Shown: positions 1 through 9,753, numbered from the stretch's first letter. The stretch is 64,000 nt of DNA from an uncultured Candidatus Saccharibacteria bacterium (GCA_964490395.1 CAZBAS010000007.1:7208-71207), one strand, 5' to 3'. The notes: generated by a model not told the origin, from the sequence alone. Program-made: numbers and translations.

Positions 1-84
1 GTAGGAATCGAACCTACATTTATACGTTATCCGACTTCGCTAAAGCTATGTCGGACAATGGGAGTGTTTTGTTCCTCGCCCGCC
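1..84 (-). ncRNA. Truncated tRNA-like element with a canonical T-arm (GTAGG-TTCGATT-CCTAC) at the window edge; the anticodon/variable region is atypical (24-nt hairpin CCGAC-N14-GTCGG)
   Basis: The reverse complement of 1-17 is a perfect T-stem-loop GGTTCGATTCC, and the acceptor 3' strand would lie outside the window. Upstream of the T-arm I cannot fold a canonical D-arm or anticodon arm, so this may be an intron-containing, type-II or degenerate tRNA. It lies 9 nt from tRNA-Arg. Confidence 0.35.
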
Positions 85-93
85 TGACTAGTC

Positions 94-168
94 TGGTGAC
101 CTCGATAGGAATCGAACCTATATCGGCGCGTTAGGAGTGCGCTGCTCTATCCATTGAGCTACAAGGCC
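94..168 (-). tRNA. tRNA-Arg (anticodon CCT)
   Basis: I folded the reverse complement by hand: acceptor GGCCTTG/CGAGGTC with two G-U pairs, D-stem GCTC/GAGC, anticodon loop CU-CCU-AA, T-arm ATAGG-TTCGATT-CCTAT, and an encoded CCA. Confidence 0.8.
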
Positions 169-420
169 AACAGGCTGGTCGGGCGGGTATTTTTGGAACA
201 ACGAGGAGTTCGGGCGTGCGGGGCTATGTCATTGATTTCTGCTTTCTTAAGAGCCTTTTGTGCTCTGGGGTCTCCACAAGGCTTTGTATCGCTCAAAGCA
301 GTAAGGAAAGTGCAGAAATATGGTTAACTTAGGCAATTGTAACACGAAATGGAGTCTAAATCTTTTCTGGTTGCTATTTAGAGCTGGCCCTTAAGTCCGA
401 CGATGGTCTACAATTAGCCC

Positions 421-1815
421 ATGCGCCATCTTGGGTATCCCCTAAAAACACTGTTTTCGTACGAATCTTTTTCTCTGCTGCTCGCTGGAGTGACGAGGCT
501 GTTTTTTGTTTTTTTGGTGATATTTCTATTTTTCAATGTGAGATACGAGTATGTAGCTAGTTTTTCCTATATTTTAGGTGAAAAAAAGGATTTTACCATA
601 ATATTCTTGTATATAAGCGACATAATATTATTTCTACTATGTTTATGCGCAATATTTGTATACATTCAAAAGCACAGAGGTCTCACCACGTGGAATTGGC
701 GTGAGTATGGTTTGTTTGGTCCTCTTAGTCTGCTAATTTTGGCTTTGGTCTCCTATCTGATCCGTTTCGAAAAGCTCACATTACCTATTATTTCTTTATA
801 TTATCTACTATATCTTACAAAAGGTATTGTTTTACATGAAACAATAAAATCATTTGGATATAAACTATATGGTACTTTTAGTCGGGTTTTTCTTGTATTG
901 CTCGCGCTGGTGTCTTTGCTTTCTATATACCAGTTCGCCAATCAAACAGATTTAGGTTTGCAAGTGCTAGGGGAGTCTGTGGTTGGTCCTTACGGATGGG
1001 GTGTGGCAAAAGTAGAGGCGTTAGGGCAATTTTTCCTTCGCAGTTATGGGACATTTCCCCACCCGAACATCCTAGGTGCGTTTTTAGTCTTAGGTATACT
1101 GTGCGCAGTCGGGAACACCCTAGAAAACTCCAAGAATCATCACAGGATAAGGTGCTTAGGAGGAATCTTACTCATAAATCTATACATTTTTGCTTTATTT
1201 TTAACTTTTTCTAGGGCTGCTTGGTTAGGGGCTGCGGTAGGCTTGTCTTTGTATGTTGTTTTCACGTGGAACATAAGGCACAAGGTGGAAAAATACCGGT
1301 ATTATTTAGTTTTTTCATCAATAGCTCTTAGTGCGGCAACTATTTGTTTACTCATGTTGCCTTTTATTAAGCAGCGGGGAGATATTTTTGACAAGGCTTA
1401 CAAAGAACGAAGAAGCTATAATTCCTCTGCAGGGCAGATGATACGTGAGCACCCTTTTCTTGGACTTGGCCCAGGAGAGTCAGTGCTTCACATGGAACAA
1501 TATTTAGGCAAGGGGACTAAGCCTTGGGAGGTACAGCCAATCCATAACTATTATTTATTGCTTGGAGCTGAGATTGGCTTGCCAGCATTGTTCGTTTTCT
1601 TTGTGTACGTTTGGTACGGGTTTAGTATTTGGAAAAGAGCTGGAGCGAATCAGAATTTTAGGAAAATTACTTTAGGGGTTGGCTCTTTAGTGTGTTTGGT
1701 CTTAATGCTCTTTGATCACTATTTCTATACTTTTCAAGGAACAGTGCTTTTGTTTTGGGCTTGGACTGGTATGTACATGGCCGAGGTTGCACATGAAACA
1801 GACTTGGTACAGTAA
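421..1815 (+). CDS. Polytopic membrane protein of the O-antigen ligase/polymerase (Wzy_C-like) family
   Basis: It has at least 10 predicted TM helices and a late periplasmic loop with the conserved H-N-x-Y-L-x-x-x-A-E-x-G motif (HNYYLLLGAEIGLPALF) typical of the WaaL/Wzy_C family. The true start is probably internal to the ORF-track start. Confidence 0.5.
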   Translation: MRHLGYPLKTLFSYESFSLLLAGVTRLFFVFLVIFLFFNVRYEYVASFSYILGEKKDFTIIFLYISDIILFLLCLCAIFVYIQKHRGLTTWNWREYGLFGPLSLLILALVSYLIRFEKLTLPIISLYYLLYLTKGIVLHETIKSFGYKLYGTFSRVFLVLLALVSLLSIYQFANQTDLGLQVLGESVVGPYGWGVAKVEALGQFFLRSYGTFPHPNILGAFLVLGILCAVGNTLENSKNHHRIRCLGGILLINLYIFALFLTFSRAAWLGAAVGLSLYVVFTWNIRHKVEKYRYYLVFSSIALSAATICLLMLPFIKQRGDIFDKAYKERRSYNSSAGQMIREHPFLGLGPGESVLHMEQYLGKGTKPWEVQPIHNYYLLLGAEIGLPALFVFFVYVWYGFSIWKRAGANQNFRKITLGVGSLVCLVLMLFDHYFYTFQGTVLLFWAWTGMYMAEVAHETDLVQ

Positions 1816-1914
1816 CCCGCTACTTTTCAAGGTGAGTAGATAGCAAAGCACTAGGCGTATTGCCTAGCGCTTTTGTAATTAAGAGTATCAGACTAATTAT
1901 TAGTACCCGGAATA

Positions 1915-2385
1915 TTATTTGTGGTATTCTTTGCCGCTTGCAATTGTGCATGACCTATATAATTGTTCTTCAAGAAGAACTCGCGCAAAATTGTGAGTGA
2001 ACGTCAGGGGGCTTAGCGAAATTATATGGTTCGCCCGTTCTTTTAAGAGCCTATCAGTACCTGCTCCGCTGCCAATAACAAAAATTATTTCTCTTCCAAA
2101 ACTGGTAATGCGCTCGATAAAAGCGGAAAATTCTATAGAGTCTCTGGTTACACCTTTCTCGTCAAGTAATACAACTACTGCATCTTTTGGTAGGCGCTTC
2201 AAAATAATTTCTGCTTCTTCAGTCTTGGCCTGCAGCATTTGGTCAAATGTTTTATATGAAACTTCCTTGAGCTCCTCGACCGTAATTTTACAAAAAGGCT
2301 TGAGGCGCTTTAAGTACTCGTCCTCTAAGTTTTTAAATGCGGCTTCTTTGAATTTTCCTAAACAAAGTATCTTTGCTTTAAACAT
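1915..2385 (-). CDS. rlmH: 23S rRNA (pseudouridine1915-N3)-methyltransferase RlmH (SPOUT family)
   Basis: The 156-aa product has the RlmH-like C-terminus ISLSPLTFTHNFARVLLEEQLYRSCTIASGKEYHK, which matches the SPOUT knot motif, and the length is typical. Confidence 0.8.
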   Translation of the reverse strand: MFKAKILCLGKFKEAAFKNLEDEYLKRLKPFCKITVEELKEVSYKTFDQMLQAKTEEAEIILKRLPKDAVVVLLDEKGVTRDSIEFSAFIERITSFGREIIFVIGSGAGTDRLLKERANHIISLSPLTFTHNFARVLLEEQLYRSCTIASGKEYHK

Positions 2386-2578
2386 ATGTATAGAGAGTTG
2401 GGAATTATAATAGGTGCGCTACTGGATCGAATATTACAACGCTATTAGTATAATAGTATTTACCAATTATCGCATGCACCTTAGTGTCCTGTTGCGCTGT
2501 ACTTTACTACTATAATAAGCTGAGCTACTATATCAAAGCATTACAGTACAGCTTGGTGCTGTAAGGTATGAATATTGC

Positions 2579-2652
2579 GGGCCTATAGTAAAGTGGTATT
2601 ACGCGGCATTCGCATTGCTGAGGCGGGAGTTCGATTCTCCCTAGGTCCACCA
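2579..2652 (+). tRNA. tRNA-Ala (anticodon CGC)
   Basis: The hand fold gives acceptor GGGCCTA with the G3:U70 Ala identity pair, D-arm GTAA/TTAC, anticodon loop TT-CGC-AT, T-arm GGGAG-TTCGATT-CTCCC, and an encoded CCA. Confidence 0.8.
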
Positions 2653-2743
2653 AAAGCTCGTTTAGTATGAAAACCGATGCGCTCTAATGCTTAAAGTATC
2701 GGTTCTAAAATATAATTTTAAATCTATTTTTGTTTTTGGTATA

Positions 2744-2817
2744 CGGGATGTAGTATACCGGTAGTACATACGCTTCGGGTGCGTGGAGACCGGGTTCGAT
2801 TCCCGGCATCCCGACCA
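2744..2817 (+). tRNA. tRNA-Pro (anticodon CGG)
   Basis: Acceptor CGGGATG/CATCCCG, anticodon stem TACGC/GCGTG with loop TT-CGG-GT, T-arm CCGGG-TTCGATT-CCCGG, and an encoded CCA. Confidence 0.8.
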
Positions 2818-2957
2818 GGAACAAAAATGCATTTTTAAAAGACTCTATCTGCTTGATAGGGTCTTTTGAATATACTGTCAGTTATGCAAGTAGAGCTGGG
2901 GGCCTGTGATGGCGGCAGATGGCATAGCATAATCCAACTTTCACGGCTGTTATTTTT

Positions 2958-3395
2958 TTGAACTTCGTGTACAATACCCGCATGACAAAAGTTGGTGTGG
3001 AACAGATTGGGTTTAACGATGCCGTTGCTACTGAACCAAGGTTCGCGTTTAGGCGCTGGTTTGAAACTTGGGTTGACGCGGTTAACAATGGCAACCGTGA
3101 TGTCTGGCAGCCCGCCTTACTCGATGTGATCACGGTCACCGATCTGGTGGATAAAGAACTAGGGTATGAAAGGTTTGTAGATTATATCACGACTCCACCC
3201 AAGCAGTTACGGATGCCAAGCGTGAAGGTGTCGATTGAGGACGGGTTGTACGTAGTACGAGGTTCGCTAGAATTGTTTTCTGATGGGTTCATGATTTTTG
3301 AGGGGACGTTCGAGACAGTGGTCCATGATATTGGAGTTAATGATTTTAAAATTTTCGGTATAACCTGCTATCCGCATTTTCGAGTTTCAACATAG
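2958..3395 (+). CDS. Hypothetical protein (no recognisable domain); tRNA-adjacent, with GC higher than its surroundings
   Basis: A 145-aa ORF in otherwise ORF-free space. Its composition is shifted relative to the neighbouring genes. The start is uncertain (alternative MTKVG... start). Confidence 0.4.
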   Translation: MNFVYNTRMTKVGVEQIGFNDAVATEPRFAFRRWFETWVDAVNNGNRDVWQPALLDVITVTDLVDKELGYERFVDYITTPPKQLRMPSVKVSIEDGLYVVRGSLELFSDGFMIFEGTFETVVHDIGVNDFKIFGITCYPHFRVST

Positions 3396-3450
3396 AAATT
3401 TTTTATTTATATTTTTATACATTCTGTGAGCGCTGTACCCGGTTCGGTCT

Positions 3451-4149
3451 GTGAGGCAGCGACACAGAATTTATTTTTTGTTGCATATGAAACCTTTGGG
3501 ACTTGCACTTGAGAAAAAATTTTTATCAAAAGGCTACTCGCATATTGTCGGGTGTGATGAAGTGGGTAGGGGAGCACTCGCTGGCCCCATTGTTGCGGCG
3601 GCAGTCATCTGGGGCGAGGACGCGGAATTAAGAATTACGAATCATGAATTAAGTAAAGTTCAGGATAGTAAATTGCTCAAGGCGTCAGAGCGTGAGATGT
3701 TGGCGTTCCATATTAAACATCATGCAGTCGCGTGGAGCATCGCGAGTGTCTCGCCGCAGGTGATTGATAAAATAAATATCCACCAAGCAAACTTGCTCGC
3801 GCTCTATCGTGCCGTAGAGGGTGTTCATAGAAAGTTAAAACATCATCGTAGAGACAAAACGTACACACTCGTGGATGGACGTTTCACCATACCTCAGTTG
3901 CACGACGCGCAGCAAGCCGTGGTGGATGGGGATGCAAAAGTTTTTTCTATAGCGGCAGCTTCAATTCTTGCAAAGGTTTATCGTGACGAGCTCATGATGA
4001 AACAAGACGTACAGTTTCCCGGGTATTCTTTTTCTGCTCACAAGGGCTACGGAACAGAAGTGCACCGAACAGCAATTGCTACTTTGGGACTTACCTCTAT
4101 TCACCGTAAAACTTTCTGTACGCGCATACTGAAACCAGGTACAAAATGA
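3451..4149 (+). CDS. rnhB: Ribonuclease HII
   Basis: It carries the RNase HII signature VGCDEVGRGALAGPIVAAAV (the DEVGRG catalytic motif). The likely true start is the internal Met at 3487 (MKPLGLALEKK...). Confidence 0.85.
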   Translation: MRQRHRIYFLLHMKPLGLALEKKFLSKGYSHIVGCDEVGRGALAGPIVAAAVIWGEDAELRITNHELSKVQDSKLLKASEREMLAFHIKHHAVAWSIASVSPQVIDKINIHQANLLALYRAVEGVHRKLKHHRRDKTYTLVDGRFTIPQLHDAQQAVVDGDAKVFSIAAASILAKVYRDELMMKQDVQFPGYSFSAHKGYGTEVHRTAIATLGLTSIHRKTFCTRILKPGTK

Positions 4150-4327
4150 CAGGCGCGTATGCGTGCCATGTAGTTCCATGTATTGATTCACGCGTATGAA
4201 GTGTTGACGATGGCCCGGGTAAGCCGGTATAGTATTAACGTTGCATGCGTGTTTAACATTAATATTTATTAATGTTTTACGCTCGTTCCACGCGATATCG
4301 GTTAGCCGATACGGTGCGCATATATAT

Positions 4328-4418
<91 letters not shown>

Positions 4419-4440
4419 CGGTCCGCCGGAGCGGACCTAC

Positions 4441-4620
4441 GGCGTGACGCAGTCCGCCAGTAGGGATGCGTAGGCGACCATCACCATCAGAAGTGACTAC
4501 GGCGTGACGCAGTCCGCCAGTAGGGATGCGTAGGCGACCATCACCATCAGAAGTGACTACGGCGTGACGCAGTCCGCCAGTAGGGACGCGTAGGCGACCA
4601 TCACCCATCAAAGTGTGACG
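4441..4620. repeat. Three tandem 60-bp direct repeats (two identical, the third diverged), immediately 3' of tRNA-Ser and a GGTCCGC-CGGA-GCGGACC hairpin
   Basis: Positions 4441-4500 and 4501-4560 are identical; 4561-4620 is a diverged copy. There are no intervening spacers, so this is not a CRISPR array. Confidence 0.9.
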
Positions 4621-4829
4621 TAGTCCCCCGGTAGCCGTGAGAAAGCGGCTACGATCGTGTCATTAGAATCTGGTGTGACACAGTTCGTCTACTGACACAG
4701 AAAAACCAATTCATTCTATCCAGTCGAAGCTGCTCGGTGAAAAATCTGGTTTATGAGTTGTAGTGAACGTGGCCTGGCCTAAGAGCTTCAACCTTCTATA
4801 AAAATTAGTAGGTAGACCAAAATAAAAAT

Positions 4830-5099
4830 ATGTACTATATCTATAGTCTCAAGTGCAAAGACGGATACTACATAGGCTGTACTGATGATCTTAAGAATAG
4901 GTTTGTAAGGCATCAAAAAGGTTATGTGGATGCTACAAAAGAGCGCCGACCTGTAGAGCTTGATTTCTATTTTGCAGTACATGATAAACACAAGGCTTTT
5001 CTATTTGAGAAGTATCTAAAATCTGGATCAGGCAGAGCATTTATTAATAAGCATCTGGTGTCGGCAATTGAGCCAATGTCTGCACAAGAGAAGAAATAA
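4830..5099 (+). CDS. Small GIY-YIG nuclease superfamily protein (UPF0213/YhbQ-like)
   Basis: The N-terminus MYYIYSLKCKDGYYIGCTDDLKNRFVRHQKG matches the GIY-(10-11)-YIG motif, and the 89-aa size is typical of stand-alone GIY-YIG proteins. Confidence 0.7.
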   Translation: MYYIYSLKCKDGYYIGCTDDLKNRFVRHQKGYVDATKERRPVELDFYFAVHDKHKAFLFEKYLKSGSGRAFINKHLVSAIEPMSAQEKK

Positions 5100-5105
5100 T
5101 TTTTT

Positions 5106-5411
5106 ATGAGCAACAAATCACAGTTGAACAGTTTGTCAAAAAGAGAAATATTGGAAAGCTTGCTTGCGCGTCAGCAGCAAGATAGCACAACCATGAATCG
5201 TTTGGTGTTGGCCATTGCCCTCGCTGCTGGTCTAGATGCAGAAGCAGTTGCCCAAAAATTTGCTGACGCAGCAGCAACAGGTGAGTATGCAGAAAAGTTT
5301 AACAAGGCACTCGACTCAGAGTTTAGCAAGAGGCAAGCGCAAGCACCGGAACGTTCTGAGTCAACAGCGGATGCCGTAGTAGAGGCAGCACCTGAAGAAG
5401 ATAAAAAATAA
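5106..5411 (+). CDS. Hypothetical protein, Ala/Glu-rich
   Basis: A 101-aa ORF 6 bp downstream of the GIY-YIG gene with no recognisable motif. Confidence 0.4.
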   Translation: MSNKSQLNSLSKREILESLLARQQQDSTTMNRLVLAIALAAGLDAEAVAQKFADAAATGEYAEKFNKALDSEFSKRQAQAPERSESTADAVVEAAPEEDKK

Positions 5412-5477
5412 TTTGCGTACAGAAATTCGTTGCACCATGTAACGAATTTCTTTGTTTGTATGTTTGTCTGATTTTTT

Positions 5478-6644
5478 TTGTATACCACTATGACCGAAAC
5501 ACTTTCAGGAAAAAAAATTCTTATTCTCTACACTGCGCACACGCTGGGTCACCAGCGAGTGGCAGAGAACATAGGATGGTGGCTCACACAGAGTGGGGCA
5601 ACTGTGGCGCTGCGTGAAGTTTTAAAATCTGATCCATCACCGCTTATAAAAAAGTTTTTGAAAGTACATGTCTGGGTCAATGAGCGGGCGCCGTGGCTCT
5701 GGGCGTTTTTGTATGCCTGGGGATTTTGGATTGCCATGATGCCCTTCCGTCTCATTGCTGCTAATTTTCAAAAAAAAGAAATTGTAAAATTGCTCGCAGC
5801 GGAAAAGCCGGACATGGTCATTACCACTCAGACAGCACCGTCTGCCGTCATGAGTGTGCTTAAGCGGCAACATGCCTTTAACGGTCCTTGGGGTATTGCG
5901 TTTAGCGACTATCACTTTCACCGTGCGTGGGTGTATCCGCGTGGAGATTTTTATTTGCCAAACATAGAAGAGCAGAAGACTGCGCTTCTGGCCTTAGGTG
6001 TTTCTTCTGAAAGCATGTACCGCATAGGTCTGGCGCTGCCACCCTTGGCTGAAGTGGATAGTCAGAAGGTACGGAGGTTATTAGGTATACCACAGAGTGC
6101 TCGGGTAGTGTTGGTAGGGAGTGGTACCCTTGGAGTCCGTTTACCAAATGGGCTCTATGAGTTTTTAGAAGAGGTGCGGGCAAAAGGAGCTGAATCTGGG
6201 TTAGATATTTGGGTAATTGTTGCGTGCAGCAAGAGCGAAGAACTATACCGTGCGGTAGCAGGGCAAACAGGCGGTCGCCCCTGGCTTAAGCCTTTTGGCT
6301 TTTATGAACCCATAGCAGAACTGTATGCTGCGTCGAATGTTATGGTCTCTAAACCAGGCGGTCTTACCATAGCTGAAACCCTGCAGCGGGGTCTGCCCGT
6401 ATTTGTTACTCACTATTTGCCAGGCCAGGAAAAACTGAACATAGATTTTCTTACTGCGCACAAAGCAATCATCTCTCTCTATAATAAACCAGCAAGCGAT
6501 TGGGCAAGTGCGGTGGTAGAGGAGCTTTTGAGTGGCAGTCAGCATGCGTTTTTAGTTTCACAGCCAAATATTCAAAGCTTGGTTGCCCCTTCGGACCTAG
6601 CAAATTTGGCCGACTATGTGGGGTCATGGTTTCATAAGAAATAG
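5478..6644 (+). CDS. GT28-family glycosyltransferase (MGDG synthase / processive diacylglycerol glycosyltransferase / MurG-like)
   Basis: The N-terminal KKILILYTAHTLGHQRVAENI and the C-terminal NVMVSKPGGLTIAETLQRGLPVFV correspond to the two conserved boxes of UgtP/MGDG-synthase-like GT-B enzymes. Confidence 0.65.
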   Translation: MYTTMTETLSGKKILILYTAHTLGHQRVAENIGWWLTQSGATVALREVLKSDPSPLIKKFLKVHVWVNERAPWLWAFLYAWGFWIAMMPFRLIAANFQKKEIVKLLAAEKPDMVITTQTAPSAVMSVLKRQHAFNGPWGIAFSDYHFHRAWVYPRGDFYLPNIEEQKTALLALGVSSESMYRIGLALPPLAEVDSQKVRRLLGIPQSARVVLVGSGTLGVRLPNGLYEFLEEVRAKGAESGLDIWVIVACSKSEELYRAVAGQTGGRPWLKPFGFYEPIAELYAASNVMVSKPGGLTIAETLQRGLPVFVTHYLPGQEKLNIDFLTAHKAIISLYNKPASDWASAVVEELLSGSQHAFLVSQPNIQSLVAPSDLANLADYVGSWFHKK

Positions 6645-6843
6645 ACTTACTTCTGAGTAGTTTCGACTGTTTGACGGTTATATGTAACATGCGCTAAGAT
6701 TTGATTAGATAAGGTGCTGAACAGCAATAGGTGTGCCTTGTGTGTGGGTATGGTTCTCGTAAGTGTGTCCCTTGCTCAGACGCTGTTTCGTACCAGATGA
6801 ATAAAATTAGTATCTCCAAAGTAGAGAGTGTAAAGAGATTTGT

Positions 6844-7431
6844 ATGCCTAAGGAAAAACGATCCTTTTTCGGAAAAATTATTGGTAGTCAAACAGAGGAT
6901 GCCGAAATGCAGCCTGTTTCTACTGAAGACGATGTAGAAGATGAGGAAATGGAAGATTTGGCAGATCCAGAAATACTGGAAGAAGAAGTGATAGAAGAAG
7001 AGGAAGGTGTTTCTGTCGAGATTCCAGTGGGTGCACCGGAATCTAAGCCTGCTCCAGTGAGGACTGAGGTTAGCCAGCACGAAGAGTGGCTATCTGACTA
7101 CGAAGGTCAGCTTAATATAGACATGTATCAAACCAAAGATAATGTCATTATTAAGTCAACAATTGCTGGTGTAAGACCTGAGGACATGGATATTACTGTG
7201 GCAAATGACATGGTAACCATAAAGGGCGCCCGGAAACGCGAAGAAACGGTTTCTGATGATGACTACTTCTATCAAGAGTGTTATTGGGGTAATTTTTCTC
7301 GAAGTGTCATTATTCCTGTAGATATAGATAGCGAGCACATAGAAGCAGACCTAAAAGATGGTATTTTAACCGTAGTAGTTCCAAAAGCGGCTAAGGCAAA
7401 AACTAAGAAAATCAAAGTAAAAGGCCTCTAA
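6844..7431 (+). CDS. Hsp20/alpha-crystallin family small heat-shock protein with an acidic N-terminal extension
   Basis: It has an ACD core (DMYQTKDNVIIKSTIAGVRPEDMDITVANDMVTIKG...) and the C-terminal GILTVVVPK motif, preceded by a Glu/Asp-rich low-complexity N-terminus. Confidence 0.8.
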   Translation: MPKEKRSFFGKIIGSQTEDAEMQPVSTEDDVEDEEMEDLADPEILEEEVIEEEEGVSVEIPVGAPESKPAPVRTEVSQHEEWLSDYEGQLNIDMYQTKDNVIIKSTIAGVRPEDMDITVANDMVTIKGARKREETVSDDDYFYQECYWGNFSRSVIIPVDIDSEHIEADLKDGILTVVVPKAAKAKTKKIKVKGL

Positions 7432-7467
7432 GACGTCACATCCCTTTACTTATCTCACCTCAAAAGA

Positions 7468-7505
7468 AGAGAGTAGCTACCTAGTAGCTACTCTCTGTAT
7501 TTTTG
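7468..7505 (+). terminator. Rho-independent terminator after the hsp20 gene
   Basis: A perfect 12-bp stem AGAGAGTAGCTAC/GTAGCTACTCTCT with loop CTA, followed by GTATTTTT. Confidence 0.7.
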
Positions 7506-7539
7506 AAGGTGTGCATGATACAATAAATTACTTGAAATA

Positions 7540-9753
7540 ATGAGCAATATGGCAAAAAAGAAAAAAGAAACAGCAAAAAACAAAGGTGCTTCAAAAACAA
7601 AAGCTGTTTTTGAAATGCAACTCAGTCCAGATACTAAAAGGGCACTGGTGGTAATTGTTTTGCTAGCCATTGCCCTGCTCTCCATAATGAGTTTTATAGG
7701 TCTGGCAGGCGGTTTTGGCTCTTTGTGGACTCGAGCTGTTTTTATTTTGCTTGGTCACTTTGGATATATGCTTCCCTTAGTTTTGGGGGGGTTGGCTATA
7801 GGACTAGGTTGGCCTCGTGCCTTGGAGTCGTTTGAGGGTGAGTGGGGCAAAAGAGCTGTGCTTGGCTCTGCCATGAGCGTAATAGCTGTTATTGGGGCAT
7901 GGCATATGGTGGAAGCAAAATTGTTAGGCCTTGCTGGGTTTGACGTGGCAACTGCTGGAAAAGGCGCTGGTCTGCTCGGGGCGGCTATTGCTGTGCCGAT
8001 TGTTAGTATATTTGGTTTTTGGGCTGGTTTGCTTATAGTTGCAGTACTGCTTTGCATTGGCCTGCTTATAGCCCTGAACGTACCGTTCTTTGTGAAGCAT
8101 AAAGAGCCGGCTGTAGCAAAATCTGCAGTTGTGGGTCCGTTGCCAGCAATTAAAATAAACAGCCCGCAAGACGCAGATTTTTCCGCAACTGAACTTTCTA
8201 CTCCTGCTGCAGTGAGACCCCAACCCGCTAAGCCTGCAGCTGCTCCTACTGTGCAAAAGTCGGTCTCAGAAGCAGCTCCATTGCCAGATGCCGTTATTAT
8301 TGAAGAGCGAAAAGACTGGAAGCTTCCCCCATTTGATTTACTCGATGACAGTAAAGCGCAGGTAGACAGCGGAAATATTGAGGCAAACGTTGCCATCATT
8401 CAGAAAGCACTCGCAGATTTCGGCATTGAAGTAGAGATGGGCGAGGTAAATGTGGGTCCTACCGTGACCCAGTACACACTCCGGCCGAATACGGGCGTGA
8501 AGCTATCGCAAATTGCAGGCCTGAAGAATGATCTTGCTCTTGCTCTTTCAGCTCATGCGGTTCGTATGGAGTTGCCTATCCCAGGGAAGCCGCTAGTGGG
8601 TCTTGAGGTGCCAAATAAAACAAGCCGCATTGTGTCCCTCCGTGAAGTTCTGCAAACGACTGACTTTATCAATCATCAGAGCAGGCTCGCCTTTGCCCTT
8701 GGGAGAGACGTAGCCGGTAAGCCGCAAATTGCAGATTTGGCAAAAATGCCTCATTTACTCATAGCTGGTAGTACTGGAACGGGTAAAAGTGTAGCGCTAA
8801 ATACGTTTATTATAAGTTTGTTATACCGAAATACGCCGCAGGATGTGAAGCTAATAATGGTAGATCCTAAGCGGGTTGAAATGACGCTGTATAATGGTAT
8901 ACCACACTTACTTACTCCTCCCATCACTGAACCAGAAAAAGCAGTAAACGCGCTTAAGTGGGCAGTAAGTGAGATGGATAGGCGCTATAAATTATTGGCA
9001 GAAGCGAAGAAACGCAATATATTGGAATACAATGCCACTGCTGGCCTGCCATTGTCCTATGTGGTTATTGTGGTAGATGAGTTGGCAGATCTTATGGCGG
9101 TCGCGCAGGCCGATATTGAGGCAGCCATTGTACGGCTTGCTCAAATGGCTCGTGCTATTGGTATACACTTAGTGCTCGCTACCCAGCGCCCAAGTGTCGA
9201 CATTATTACAGGCCTTATTAAGGCAAACATAACTTCACGCGTTGCGTTTGCAGTAGCGAGCCAAATAGATAGCCGCACTATTCTCGATAGTAGTGGAGCA
9301 GAGCAGCTTTTGGGAAATGGGGATATGCTCTTTGTTTCTGCGGAATTTAATAAGCCTCGTCGTATACAGGGTTCATATGTAAGCGAGAAAGAAGTGGCAA
9401 AAGTTGTAGACTTCTTTAAGTCGCAAACTGGGGCAGTCATCTATAATGATGAAATTGTCCAGCGGCCAAAAACCCCTCTTTCAATTCCTGGGTTTGAGAG
9501 TAGTGATGGAGATGGGGACGACTTGCTTGAACAGGCAAAAGAAGAAGTGCTAAGGGCGGGCAAGGCTTCTGCTTCATTCCTGCAGAGGCGGTTAAAGGTG
9601 GGGTATGCGCGCGCTGCTCGCTTACTCGATTTGCTCGAAGAACAGGGCATTATTGGGCCTGGTGATGGTGCAAAACCAAGAGAGGTATATGGTGCAACCC
9701 CGAGAGATGAAGGGTATGGCGAGGCGAGTAGTGCCCCTGAAGAGTATGAATAA
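7540..9753 (+). CDS. ftsK: DNA translocase FtsK/SpoIIIE
   Basis: It has N-terminal TM helices, a Pro/Ala-rich linker, Walker A LIAGSTGTGKSVALN, Walker B VVIVVDELADLM, and a C-terminal winged-helix gamma domain (ASFLQRRLKVGYARAARLLDLLEEQGIIGP). Confidence 0.9.
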   Translation: MSNMAKKKKETAKNKGASKTKAVFEMQLSPDTKRALVVIVLLAIALLSIMSFIGLAGGFGSLWTRAVFILLGHFGYMLPLVLGGLAIGLGWPRALESFEGEWGKRAVLGSAMSVIAVIGAWHMVEAKLLGLAGFDVATAGKGAGLLGAAIAVPIVSIFGFWAGLLIVAVLLCIGLLIALNVPFFVKHKEPAVAKSAVVGPLPAIKINSPQDADFSATELSTPAAVRPQPAKPAAAPTVQKSVSEAAPLPDAVIIEERKDWKLPPFDLLDDSKAQVDSGNIEANVAIIQKALADFGIEVEMGEVNVGPTVTQYTLRPNTGVKLSQIAGLKNDLALALSAHAVRMELPIPGKPLVGLEVPNKTSRIVSLREVLQTTDFINHQSRLAFALGRDVAGKPQIADLAKMPHLLIAGSTGTGKSVALNTFIISLLYRNTPQDVKLIMVDPKRVEMTLYNGIPHLLTPPITEPEKAVNALKWAVSEMDRRYKLLAEAKKRNILEYNATAGLPLSYVVIVVDELADLMAVAQADIEAAIVRLAQMARAIGIHLVLATQRPSVDIITGLIKANITSRVAFAVASQIDSRTILDSSGAEQLLGNGDMLFVSAEFNKPRRIQGSYVSEKEVAKVVDFFKSQTGAVIYNDEIVQRPKTPLSIPGFESSDGDGDDLLEQAKEEVLRAGKASASFLQRRLKVGYARAARLLDLLEEQGIIGPGDGAKPREVYGATPRDEGYGEASSAPEEYE

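Noticed and set aside
1-300. Possibility that the left-edge T-arm belongs to tmRNA
   Set aside because: A tmRNA would need ~350 nt upstream on the minus strand, but tRNA-Arg occupies 94-168 on the same strand, leaving no room.
1997-2410. A 137-aa plus-strand ORF
   Set aside because: It is antisense to rlmH.
4441-4620. Possible CRISPR array
   Set aside because: The units are contiguous 60-bp direct repeats with no unique spacers between them, and no cas genes are in the window.
6645-6843. Search for a CIRCE/HAIR heat-shock operator upstream of hsp20
   Set aside because: No TTAGCACTC-N9-GAGTGCTAA or similar dyad is present, so no operator is called.
6694-7080. A 128-aa minus-strand ORF overlapping the hsp20 start and the upstream intergenic region
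   Set aside because: It is Phe/Leu-rich and low complexity, and it is antisense to the acidic N-terminus of Hsp20.
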